Assembly (NCBI GenBank): GCA_028714495.1
Contig: JAQTMH010000006.1
Location: forward strand, 1-55,169
DNA length: 55,169 bases
Direction: 5' to 3'
Source: Patescibacteria group bacterium
GTDB taxonomy: Bacteria; Patescibacteriota; Patescibacteriia; JAHIZJ01
The notes beneath the pieces were generated by a model, which was not told the DNA's origin, did no database searches, and saw only the letters and a list, made by a program, of their open reading frames with translations. Positions within the stretch are counted from its first letter, which is position 1; the number at the start of each line of letters is the position of its first letter. Both the position numbers and the translations under genes were made by a program. Of this stretch, positions 1 through 8,849 are shown piece after piece.

Positions 1-394
1 GGGCCAATATCCAGACTACCGGCAAATAATCCCCCAGGATTACAAAACCGTGGCCAAGTTTTCTTGCGACGAGATGATCAAGGCGGTAAAAAGCGCCGCG
101 CTCTTCTCTAAGACTGGGATAAACGATGTCAATCTGAAATTTGACGCCAAGGCGGGAAGAATCATGGTGTCTTCGGCCAACACGCAATTAGGGGAAAGCA
201 CTACGGAAATCAGAGCGGAAATTACCGGGGAGGAAAATGTAACCGTCTTCAATCACCGCTATCTTTTAGACGGCTTAGCTAATTTAGACACTTCTCAGGG
301 CGCGCTCTCGTTAATTGATGGGTCAAATCCCGGCACCCTGACACCAAAAGATCTGGACGACTTTCTTTATATAATCATGCCAATTAAGCAATAA
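1..394 (+). CDS. dnaN: DNA polymerase III beta subunit (sliding clamp), C-terminal fragment; 5' end lies outside the window
   Basis: Frame 2 is open from the window edge (GQYPDYRQIIPQDY...) to ...LYIIMPIKQ*. The sequence looks like clamp domain III. A DUF721 gene follows, as is common after dnaN. Confidence 0.8.
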   Translation, partial: GQYPDYRQIIPQDYKTVAKFSCDEMIKAVKSAALFSKTGINDVNLKFDAKAGRIMVSSANTQLGESTTEIRAEITGEENVTVFNHRYLLDGLANLDTSQGALSLIDGSNPGTLTPKDLDDFLYIIMPIKQ

Positions 395-397
395 GTC

Positions 398-694
398 GTG
401 CTTAAGCTGGTTAGCAACCATTTGTGGGCGTCATCACTGGGTCGCGCTAAGATTAAGCAACAGGTAGAGGCGGCTCATGTCCTATTGTATTCAGAGGGGT
501 TGCTGAAAGAGGAGTTTGGCAATAAAGCCCAACGCTTGACCAAACCCCTAGCTCTAAAAAATAAGCAATTGGTGATCGCCAGCATGAGCTCGATAATGGC
601 CAGCGAAATTCAATTGAGAAGCCGGATGTTCATAAAAAAAATCAACCAAAGATTTGGCCAGGGGACGGTAGATAGAATTCACCTGGAAATCTAG
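398..694 (+). CDS. DUF721 (DciA-like) small protein
   Basis: 98-aa ORF with a GTG start 4 nt after the dnaN stop. The C-terminal pattern LKNKQLVIASMSSIMASEIQLRSRMFIKKINQRFG...V.RI is typical of DUF721 proteins encoded beside dnaN/recF. Confidence 0.55.
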   Translation: MLKLVSNHLWASSLGRAKIKQQVEAAHVLLYSEGLLKEEFGNKAQRLTKPLALKNKQLVIASMSSIMASEIQLRSRMFIKKINQRFGQGTVDRIHLEI

Positions 695-3555
695 CCAGAG
701 ACGGTCACGGCGACAGAGGGACTAGTAAGCTGCTGACCGTTTTTTGTTTCGAGCATGAAGTACAAGAGATAATCACCAGGACTGGGCGCGGTCGTCCAGT
801 CTATTTGAAATTGATTGAGTTGAAAATCGGCGATTTTCTGGATTAGAGTCGCAGTTTCACCAAACTGATAAAAAAACGAAACAGAAGCAACGCCGTCAGG
901 GTGGTAGGCTAGGCCAGAAATGCGGTAGGGAAAGTCGGAAGATTTAAGGGTAGTCCCGGCCTGAGGGCGGATCAAGTAGTAGCTAGGCGAGGCGGTGGTA
1001 AGCAGAAGGTTAAGTTCGCGGGTATCTTGAAGGACTTCGCCGGATTTTTTATAGAATAGGGCCTTAAGCGTGTAAAAGCCATTGGCAGTATCTGATAGGT
1101 CATAGTTAAGCTCAAGCGGGGCCTGGGTCAGGGTGCTGATAAGTTTATCGTCCAGGTAAAGCTCTACCCGATCAAGATCAAAGGCCTCGCTCACTTGGGC
1201 GGTTATTTGGAGAGGCGAGGTAGTGATCACGGCATTCGCGAGCGGAGAAACGAGAGAAGCCGAGCTGGTATTAGCTGGACTTTCGTCCGGCTTGCGTAAG
1301 GCGCAGCTCTCGTACTGAAGCGGATGGTTGGGAGTAATATAGTCCGGCTGACCATCAGCCCAGCGCTGCACCGCCTCTTCCCAGTGGGCGAATTGAGGAT
1401 CAGAGCTAGGATTGTCAGGTGGATTATCCTGGGGTTTGTCTTTTTGGACGTAATAAAGAATGGTGTGGGTCTCTTTGAAGGTTTTTTCTTTGACATATTC
1501 CTTGGGGTAGGACTCAAGACATTCGTTTGGGATTACCCGGCCGGTCAAAGAGTCGACTTTGTAAGTATGGACCAGGTCGATTTGACCATTAAGCATTGTT
1601 TTGTCCACTGATACAATTCCAGGAGCCTTGAAAGTCTCGACTGGCGTGCCTTTTAAAAGATTTTCCATAAAACTGTGCCAGATCGGCGCGGCGATTACCG
1701 AACCATCAGCCCCCCTTTTCATTTCCGTGTTGTCGTTATTGCCAGCCCAAACTCCGGCGACCAGGGAAGGAGTGTAACCGATAGTCCAGGCATCACGAAA
1801 ATCGTTGGTCGTACCAGTTTTGGCGGCCACTGGACGGTCAGACAGGGTCAGGTAGTTTTGACCTCCGAAGATAAAGCTTCGAGCCGCGTTGTCTGAAAGA
1901 ATGCTATTAATATTGCGGGCCACTTTTTCATCCATCACTTCAATCTCCTCTGGTTTAGATTCCTCGAGCACTTTTCCGTCTTTATCCTCCACCCGCAATA
2001 TCGCCTGAGTCGGATGCCTCAAGCCCTCCCGGGCGAAGGTGGCAAAAGCGCCGACGTGTTCCAGAAGTTTAACCTCACCGCCTCCGAGCGTCAGGGAGAG
2101 GCCATAACGCTCTTTATCGGTTAAGGTTGTATAGCCAAGGGATCGGGCGGTTTCCAGGACATTATCAAGGCCGGCCAGATATAGAGTTTTAACGGCCGGG
2201 ATATTAAGCGAGCCAGCCAGGGCTTTGCGCATTGAAACCGGGCCATGCTCTTTGCCGTCGTAGTTGTTTGGGATATAGGCCGGATTCCCGCCAAAATTGG
2301 TTTTCAGATCATAGAGCATTGTTTCAGGCGTATAGCCCCTGGCAAAGGCCGTCGCGTAAACCACGGGTTTAAATGATGAACCAGGCTGGCGATTTCTGAT
2401 TGTCACGTTAACGTTACCGTCGTTTTCCGTATCAAAATAATCAACCGAACCAACCATCGATAAAATTTCCCCAGTCTTTGGGTCAAGGGCGACCAAGGCG
2501 GCGTTTGAACCGCCATACTTTTTTATTTTTTCAATTCCTTCGGTAACCGCCGTTTCAGCCACCTGCTGTTTGTAAGCGTCTAGGGTAGTGATTACTTTCA
2601 GCCCGCCTTGCTCAACCATTTTTTCACCGTATTTTTCCGTCAGCTTTTCCTTCACATAAAAAACGAAATGCGGAGCCGTAATCGGTTCGCGTGACGGCTG
2701 GAATTTAAGCTCAACCTTTTTTGCCTCGTCAGCCTGTTCTTGGGTAATGTAATTCTGCTCCACCATCAGGTCGAGAATATATTGTTGGCGGCCGATCAAT
2801 TCGTCAACGTGGCTGCCATAGGGAGAATAATAGGTGGGTGATTGAGGCAGAGCGGCTAGGACGGCTGATTCCGCCAGATTCAGATCGCTGACGCTTTTGC
2901 CGAAATATATCTGGGCGGCTGATTCAACTCCATAGGAGACTGAGCCATAGGGGATTTCATTGAAATACAGTTTTAATATTTGATCTTTGGAAAACTTTCT
3001 CTCAATTTGATAGGACAAGACCAGCTCTTTAATTTTCCGGGTAAATGTTTTTTCCGTGGTTAAAATCGCGTTTTTGACAAGCTGCTGGGTAATAGTCGAA
3101 CCGCCCGGACGGCTTTTACCGACCGAGGTGATATTTATAAAGACTGCCCGGATCAATCCGGTAATATCAAAACCCGAGTGTTCGTAAAAATGCTTATCCT
3201 CAATAGCGATCGTGGCATTTTTTAGGTTGTCGGGTATGTCTTCCAGGGGAACCAGGGTCCGTTTGACATCGCCGTGAATTTCATAAAGCAAGACTTGGCC
3301 GGTCCGATCGTATATCCGGGTGCTCTGGGCCAGGTTGCGGCTGAGTAGCTTATCGGGGCTAGGCAGATCGCGACTGTACCAGGCAAAAGCGCCAACGCCA
3401 ACAAGCAGGCCCGCCAGAAATAAAACGGCGCAGATAATTAAAAGCTTGGACCACCAGCGCCGGCGCTTGGCGCTTCGGCTTTTGGGTTCTGGCTTAGATT
3501 CTTTGGTATGTTTCCAAGTTTTTTGGTAGGTTGGTTCGAGAGGCGGTATGGGCAT
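691..3555 (-). CDS. Class A penicillin-binding protein (glycosyltransferase + transpeptidase) with a C-terminal Ig-like extension
   Basis: N-terminal TM anchor. GT51 motifs IAIEDKHFYEHSGFD, GGSTITQQLVKN and RKIKE. Transpeptidase motifs SSFK (SxxK), SLN and KTGTT. ATG at 3555 is preferred over the upstream TTG at 3573. Confidence 0.9.
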   Translation of the reverse strand: MPIPPLEPTYQKTWKHTKESKPEPKSRSAKRRRWWSKLLIICAVLFLAGLLVGVGAFAWYSRDLPSPDKLLSRNLAQSTRIYDRTGQVLLYEIHGDVKRTLVPLEDIPDNLKNATIAIEDKHFYEHSGFDITGLIRAVFINITSVGKSRPGGSTITQQLVKNAILTTEKTFTRKIKELVLSYQIERKFSKDQILKLYFNEIPYGSVSYGVESAAQIYFGKSVSDLNLAESAVLAALPQSPTYYSPYGSHVDELIGRQQYILDLMVEQNYITQEQADEAKKVELKFQPSREPITAPHFVFYVKEKLTEKYGEKMVEQGGLKVITTLDAYKQQVAETAVTEGIEKIKKYGGSNAALVALDPKTGEILSMVGSVDYFDTENDGNVNVTIRNRQPGSSFKPVVYATAFARGYTPETMLYDLKTNFGGNPAYIPNNYDGKEHGPVSMRKALAGSLNIPAVKTLYLAGLDNVLETARSLGYTTLTDKERYGLSLTLGGGEVKLLEHVGAFATFAREGLRHPTQAILRVEDKDGKVLEESKPEEIEVMDEKVARNINSILSDNAARSFIFGGQNYLTLSDRPVAAKTGTTNDFRDAWTIGYTPSLVAGVWAGNNDNTEMKRGADGSVIAAPIWHSFMENLLKGTPVETFKAPGIVSVDKTMLNGQIDLVHTYKVDSLTGRVIPNECLESYPKEYVKEKTFKETHTILYYVQKDKPQDNPPDNPSSDPQFAHWEEAVQRWADGQPDYITPNHPLQYESCALRKPDESPANTSSASLVSPLANAVITTSPLQITAQVSEAFDLDRVELYLDDKLISTLTQAPLELNYDLSDTANGFYTLKALFYKKSGEVLQDTRELNLLLTTASPSYYLIRPQAGTTLKSSDFPYRISGLAYHPDGVASVSFFYQFGETATLIQKIADFQLNQFQIDWTTAPSPGDYLLYFMLETKNGQQLTSPSVAVTVSG

Positions 3556-3589
3556 AAGATAAGCAAAAAACAAGAAAATGATAGACTTT

Positions 3590-3753
3590 TAGGACTTACG
3601 CGTTTGAGACAAGTTCGAGGAAAAATGCGAGGATTTTGCGAGGCGTAGTCAAACTACGACGAGCAAAAACGAAGCATTTTGACGAAGAAATTGGCCAAAG
3701 CCGCTTGCTGACCCAGCTTTGCCGGGTCGAAAGCGGCAAGCGCGTAAGTCCTA
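3590..3753 (+). mobile_element. 164-bp MITE-like element, copy 1
   Basis: Terminal inverted repeats TAGGACTTACGCGYTTG. Flanked by the direct 5-bp duplication ACTTT (3585-3589 and 3754-3758). Near-identical to the reverse complement of 39429-39592. Confidence 0.8.
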
Positions 3754-3756
3754 ACT

Positions 3757-3785
3757 TTGTCATTATAACAAAACTACACTATAAT
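3757..3785 (+). promoter_or_regulatory. Candidate sigma70-type promoter of tyrS
   Basis: TTGTCA - 17 nt - TATAAT, with the -10 ending 11 nt before the tyrS ATG. This implies a very short or absent leader. Confidence 0.45.
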
Positions 3786-3796
3786 TATAAGTAACT

Positions 3797-4990
3797 ATGA
3801 CAATTCCAAAGAAACTACCCGAAGACCTTCTCAAGCGGGGCGTGGAAGAAATAATTCAGCGCCCGAGCCTGGAGGAGAAGCTGAACAGCGGACGGCCCTT
3901 GCGGATTAAGCACGGAGTTGACCCAACCACCAAGGATTTGCATTTGGGCTATGCCGTGGTTTATGAGAAACTTCGCCAATTTCAAGAAGCGGGTCACAAA
4001 ATTATATTTTTGATCGGTGGTTTTACCGGTCGATTTGGCGATCCGACAGACCGAGTATGGCAGCGTAAAATGAGAAAGCGGGAAGAGGTTGAGGCTCTGG
4101 CCGATGATTATAAAAAACAACTAGGTAAAATTCTGGATATTAGTAAGGTTGAGTTTCGGTCAAATGCGGAATGGTACGATGGAATGTCAGCAGAAGAACT
4201 TCTTCGGATTATGTCTAAAACAACTGTTCAGAAGATGTTAGCCCGAGACATGTTCGTAGAAAGAATTAAGGAAGAGCGCGAAATAGGTTTGCATGAAATA
4301 GTCTACCCCGTTTTACAAGGATACGACTCCTATATGCTAAAGGCTGACGTCACAGTAATTGGAAGAGACCAAAAGTTTAATGAGCTCCAGGGGAGATTTT
4401 TACAAGAAGCGTTCGCCCAAAAACCCCAAGACTTGATTATTATGCCATTATTAATTGGTTATCATGGAGAGAAGAAAATGAGCCAGAGTTTGGGCAATTC
4501 GATAAATTTTAATGATTCTCCAATTGATATGTACGGAAAAATTACGTCGATTTCAGATAGTGAAATAATGAACTACTTTACGCTTGTGACCAGGTTGCCG
4601 ATGAAAGAAGTAAATGAAATAGAGCATGAATTGAAGAACGGCGCAAATCCGTTGGATATTAAAGCCAAGCTAGCGACAGAAATCGTAAAAATTTATCATA
4701 CAAAGAAAGAAGCCAGAGAGGCAGAGAAATACTTTATACGTGTGTTTAGGAAAAAGAAGCAACCAGATGATGCCCGGAAGATTTTTTATTCACAAGAGCC
4801 ACAGTTGCTGGACGTAGTTGTTTGTTCAGATGAAAAACATCTTTCGAAATCTGAAGCACGTCGTTTAATAAAACAAGGGGCAGTCGAAATTGATGGTAAA
4901 ATTAATAAAGACGGTTCAGTGACAGTACAATTTGATGCAATTGTAAAAATAGGGAAGCACCGTTTTGTAAGAGTCTTTAAGAGCCAGTAG
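3797..4990 (+). CDS. tyrS: Tyrosyl-tRNA synthetase
   Basis: Class I motifs HLGY (HIGH-type) and KMSQS (KMSKS-type). C-terminal S4-like RNA-binding domain (LSKSEARRLIKQGAVEIDG). Confidence 0.9.
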   Translation: MTIPKKLPEDLLKRGVEEIIQRPSLEEKLNSGRPLRIKHGVDPTTKDLHLGYAVVYEKLRQFQEAGHKIIFLIGGFTGRFGDPTDRVWQRKMRKREEVEALADDYKKQLGKILDISKVEFRSNAEWYDGMSAEELLRIMSKTTVQKMLARDMFVERIKEEREIGLHEIVYPVLQGYDSYMLKADVTVIGRDQKFNELQGRFLQEAFAQKPQDLIIMPLLIGYHGEKKMSQSLGNSINFNDSPIDMYGKITSISDSEIMNYFTLVTRLPMKEVNEIEHELKNGANPLDIKAKLATEIVKIYHTKKEAREAEKYFIRVFRKKKQPDDARKIFYSQEPQLLDVVVCSDEKHLSKSEARRLIKQGAVEIDGKINKDGSVTVQFDAIVKIGKHRFVRVFKSQ

Positions 4991-5062
4991 AAAATAAATA
5001 CTTCAGAATATATTCTTAATTAACTATATAAAAATGGCCAGCAAGACATTTATTACTGGCTA

Positions 5063-5434
5063 CTATTGATTTACGAAATACTCCTTGCCTGGGTCAATCT
5101 CATTCAGGCTGATTTGTCGCTGGTAGTCCGGCGGATATATTTTTGTGATAATAAATTTACCTGTAGTGTTGTTTTTTTCGGCGTGAATTGTTTGTTCGAT
5201 TATCTGGCAATGACCCCAATAAAGCCATTTGCCATTGATATTATGAACGAGAAAAACACGCGTAGGGGCTGAATGAAAGAGGCGTTTATCTGGTTTGACA
5301 AAACTAAAAACACGACCATTGAAAGCGTCAGCTGTAAAAGGCTTTTTCAAATGCGTCTCAAGGATTAGTTCTCTTGGAAATCCCTGATCCGTGGTTATTT
5401 GCAGGGTGTCGTTGAGTTCGATCTGGCTGCCCAT
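5063..5434 (-). CDS. Hypothetical protein, last gene of the minus-strand glucan operon
   Basis: 123-aa ORF starting 7 nt downstream of the galT stop. I recognise no family. Confidence 0.5.
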   Translation of the reverse strand: MGSQIELNDTLQITTDQGFPRELILETHLKKPFTADAFNGRVFSFVKPDKRLFHSAPTRVFLVHNINGKWLYWGHCQIIEQTIHAEKNNTTGKFIITKIYPPDYQRQISLNEIDPGKEYFVNQ

Positions 5435-5440
5435 AAATGA

Positions 5441-6370
5441 TTATTTCCCCCGATAAAACTTGGCTGCCTCCTCAGGCGCGACCGTGTTAACGATTAAACG
5501 CGAGCCCAACTCCAGCCCGGCCCAGGTGTCGCGGCGCGGGCAGACCCTTAAATATAGATGCTCGTCCTTGTAGTGAACGACTTGGTGCAAGTAGAAATTG
5601 TAGGGGAGGTTAATCTCGTTGAGTTTGCCGATAATCATTTTTAGCATCTTGGCCAGGGAATGGAACTCGCGGTGCCTAAGTGAAGATATATTATCAACAT
5701 GGCGCCGGGGAAAAACCCAAGCTTCGTAGTTATAAGTTGAGGCGTAGGGAGTAAAGGCGGCGGTCAGAGAGTCGTGGCTGATCCAGCGCGGGCCCTTAAA
5801 CTCCCGTCGGATCAACCGGCAGTAATAGCACTCGCCGTGTTTAATTTCATATTCCTCCGCCCGCTTCAGTTTTTCCAGAACGTGAGGCGGGATGAATTCC
5901 GAGGCGAAAATTTGGGAATGAGCGTGATCAATAGAGGCGCCGGCTTTGCCACCGTCATTTTTAAAGACCAGAATGTAGTTTATTTTATTGTCCCGGGACA
6001 GGTCCTTGACCCGGCGGCCGAAGACTTCCAAAACAGCCGCGATGTCTTTGGTCGGAAGCTCGGCTAATTCCTTTTCATGATAACGCGATTCAATCACCAC
6101 TTCCTGTCTGCCGTAGACGGCCTGATTATGCTGATCAACGACCGGGAATTTATTTTTGATAACCTTGATCTTCCAGTTGGCACCACCCAGCTGATAAATC
6201 GGTTTTACTATATCAACCTTTTCGGGGCAAAAAGGACAGTCCCTCTTTGGCATCATTGTCGGGACATGGGAAGGGAAATTGTGGGGGCGCTTGGATCGGC
6301 CAGGGGCGATGATGACAGTCCGGTCGTGGATATAATTATCTCTAATTTCAGCTTTTTGTACTTTGGGCAT
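5441..6370 (-). CDS. galT: Galactose-1-phosphate uridylyltransferase-family (HIT superfamily) nucleotidyltransferase
   Basis: CPFCPE zinc motif and active-site DHAHSQIF (HxHxQ). 309 aa. The start lies 1 nt after the glgA stop. Confidence 0.8.
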   Translation of the reverse strand: MPKVQKAEIRDNYIHDRTVIIAPGRSKRPHNFPSHVPTMMPKRDCPFCPEKVDIVKPIYQLGGANWKIKVIKNKFPVVDQHNQAVYGRQEVVIESRYHEKELAELPTKDIAAVLEVFGRRVKDLSRDNKINYILVFKNDGGKAGASIDHAHSQIFASEFIPPHVLEKLKRAEEYEIKHGECYYCRLIRREFKGPRWISHDSLTAAFTPYASTYNYEAWVFPRRHVDNISSLRHREFHSLAKMLKMIIGKLNEINLPYNFYLHQVVHYKDEHLYLRVCPRRDTWAGLELGSRLIVNTVAPEEAAKFYRGK

Positions 6371-6371
6371 A

Positions 6372-7847
6372 CTATTGGCTAATTAATTTTTGGTAGAGAT
6401 TGAGGTATTCTCTGGCCGCCGTGATCCAGGACGAGTCGTAAGACATGGCTCTTTGGACAAGCATTAGCCAGTCGGCCTTATTTGTGGTAAAGACCCTGAG
6501 AGCCCGGATTATCGCTTCACGCAAGGCTTGGCTGGAGTAATCAGCGAAGACGAGGCCATGGCCAGAGCGGGTTTTTGGGTCATAATCCGCCACTGTGTCT
6601 TTAAGGCCGCCGGTAGCCCTGACAATAGGAATTGTACCATATCGCATGGCAATGAGCTGGCTCAGGCCGCAGGGCTCAAAGCGCGAGGGCATCAGGAACA
6701 TGTCAGAACCGGCGTAAATCTTTTGGGCTAAAACAGCGTCAAAGCCGATTTTCGCGTAGACGTTTTTTGGAAAACGCTCCTGGGCTGAACTGGCCATCTT
6801 CTCAAAATTCTCGGCGCCCTGCCCCAGGAACACGAGCTGGCCGCCATTTTCAACGATAGTGGGCACGCATTCAGCTACCAATTCAATTCCCTTTTGATCG
6901 GTCAGCCGTGAGATCAGGCTGAAAACCGGCACCTCGCTATTTATCGGCAAACCGCAGAGTTCCTGTAACGCTTGCTTATTTAGCGATTTTTTCTCGATAG
7001 CATTGATTGAGTAGTTGGCGGCAATGTCCGGGTCAGTCTCGGGGTTAAAGCGTTTTTGGTCAAGACCGTTGACAATGCCGGAAAGGTCTTTTTGGCGCTT
7101 GAGCAGGTCGGCTTCTAACCCCTCGCCGCAGGCTGGCGTAACGATTTCTTGGGCGTAGGTACGGCTGACCGTGTTAATGAGGTTGCTATTGATAATTCCC
7201 TGTTGGATTAGATTAATATCGGCCGGTTCGCCGGGTCCCGGAAATTCCTTCTCAGCTATTCCCAAAAAATTGAGCGCCTCAGCCCTTTTCCACTTACCCT
7301 GATTGGCCAGGTTGTGGATGGTAAAAAGGGTTTTGATGGTTTTGAGTTTCGGCTCCTTCTGCCCGGCTAATTTCAGCAGAGCCGGTGCTATTCCGACGTG
7401 CCAGTCTTGGCAATGGATAATATCGGGGTACCAGTTAAGAGCCCGGGGGATCGATAAAAGAGCCTGGGAGAAGAAAAGGAAGCGGTGAACTTCGCTAATC
7501 GATTCGACAAAAGCCGTCCGGTCGAAATAGATACCGTTTTGGCCGAGGTATTTTAGGTTGTCAATCAGGTAAATAATTACTTCTGTGCCCGGAATCTTGG
7601 TTTCAAATATCGAAACTTTTTCAGGCCCCGCGCCGGTTGGAACAGTCACATCCGACGCCAGCAGCCGACAGGGATATTTATTTTCATCGATCGTGCCGTA
7701 TTTTGGCAGAACCACCCTGACGTCCACGCCCAGCTCGAGAAGAACCGGCGGCAGGGCGCCAGCCACGTCAGCTAAGCCGCCGACTTTTGCCAGAGGGGTT
7801 AGTTCGGCGGTGGCGAAGAGAACGGAAATTGGTTTTTGGTTTGGCAT
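6372..7847 (-). CDS. glgA: Glycogen/starch synthase (GT5), paralog 1
   Basis: N-terminal KVGGLADV motif and C-terminal MPSRFEPCGLSQL. 491 aa. Confidence 0.9.
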   Translation of the reverse strand: MPNQKPISVLFATAELTPLAKVGGLADVAGALPPVLLELGVDVRVVLPKYGTIDENKYPCRLLASDVTVPTGAGPEKVSIFETKIPGTEVIIYLIDNLKYLGQNGIYFDRTAFVESISEVHRFLFFSQALLSIPRALNWYPDIIHCQDWHVGIAPALLKLAGQKEPKLKTIKTLFTIHNLANQGKWKRAEALNFLGIAEKEFPGPGEPADINLIQQGIINSNLINTVSRTYAQEIVTPACGEGLEADLLKRQKDLSGIVNGLDQKRFNPETDPDIAANYSINAIEKKSLNKQALQELCGLPINSEVPVFSLISRLTDQKGIELVAECVPTIVENGGQLVFLGQGAENFEKMASSAQERFPKNVYAKIGFDAVLAQKIYAGSDMFLMPSRFEPCGLSQLIAMRYGTIPIVRATGGLKDTVADYDPKTRSGHGLVFADYSSQALREAIIRALRVFTTNKADWLMLVQRAMSYDSSWITAAREYLNLYQKLISQ

Positions 7848-7883
7848 AGGAGAACCTTGGCGATATAATTTTTAATGTAGAAA

Positions 7884-8849
7884 TTACCCTTTGAGAATTT
7901 CCAGTATATTTTTTTGGTAAAAGGCGATCGCCTTTTTCTTTAACTTTTTCTCGACCGGTTGCGAAGTCCGATAAAAATAGTCTATGTTGCTTAGGCCCTG
8001 GAGGATCGTTTCCGTTTCAAAAAGACGTTTGAAGACACGGCGCGGGGTGGTTAACTTAGAAAATTTATTAACCAGGTATTTTTGCCAAGCCGGATGTTCA
8101 AAGGCGCGGTTCCAGATGATTGAGAGATCGTGAGCCGGGCTGCCCCAGTCGACATTTTCCCAGTCAATAATTTTGAAACGTTTTTGCTTGGTGTAGAAAA
8201 AATGGCTGGCGTACGGTTCATAGTGTGTCAGAACGTTTTGGTTTGAGTCAAAAAGCCGCTCCTGCTTCGAAAACCACGATTTAATCCGGTCAGTGGCGTT
8301 TGGTAGCGGGATGATTTGGGGAACTTTTGGCCAGTTGATCAGCCGAAGATTGGTTTTGAGCGTGTGTCTGGCGTAAACTCCTTTCATTGACCGAGGCAAA
8401 ACCCTGGAAGCGCGATGAAGATTTATAAAGAAATCAACCAGCCAGTCAGCCGTGCTTTTTGTGAAAAAAGAGGTCCGGAACACGAAATTACTACCCTGGA
8501 CGCTTTGGCATTGACCCACCAGATGTTCCCGGATATACCAGGTACGGCCAGAGGCGCCATAAAAAGCAACATCCGGAGTTGTCTGACTGAGAAGCCCTAG
8601 CTTGTGAGTATGAAAGTACTTTAATGTTATAGCCTCTCTTTTTAGGCCCTCATTGGTTCTCGGGTCAAGGCTGCGGGCGAAGAGACACATTTTAAAGATA
8701 ACCGGCTTTTTCCCCAGCCAGCAGTACGCGACGTAAAAACGGGGGCCATTTCGGTGAACCTTAATCAGGCGAAGTTTATATTTTGCCAGCAATTTTTTCC
8801 TCGAAGATTGAGCCAGACTAAGCTGCTGTTTTTTAACCGCGAGATCCAT
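7884..8849 (-). CDS. Aminoglycoside-phosphotransferase-fold (APH/maltokinase-like) kinase homolog with a non-canonical catalytic loop
   Basis: Putative beta3 Lys (VIFKM) and alphaC Glu (LKREAI). IIDWENVDWGSPAHDLS matches the APH IDWE...DL motif. The HGDxxxxN loop reads HYEPYASH. Overlaps the upstream GH57 gene by 17 nt. Confidence 0.55.
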   Translation of the reverse strand: MDLAVKKQQLSLAQSSRKKLLAKYKLRLIKVHRNGPRFYVAYCWLGKKPVIFKMCLFARSLDPRTNEGLKREAITLKYFHTHKLGLLSQTTPDVAFYGASGRTWYIREHLVGQCQSVQGSNFVFRTSFFTKSTADWLVDFFINLHRASRVLPRSMKGVYARHTLKTNLRLINWPKVPQIIPLPNATDRIKSWFSKQERLFDSNQNVLTHYEPYASHFFYTKQKRFKIIDWENVDWGSPAHDLSIIWNRAFEHPAWQKYLVNKFSKLTTPRRVFKRLFETETILQGLSNIDYFYRTSQPVEKKLKKKAIAFYQKNILEILKG

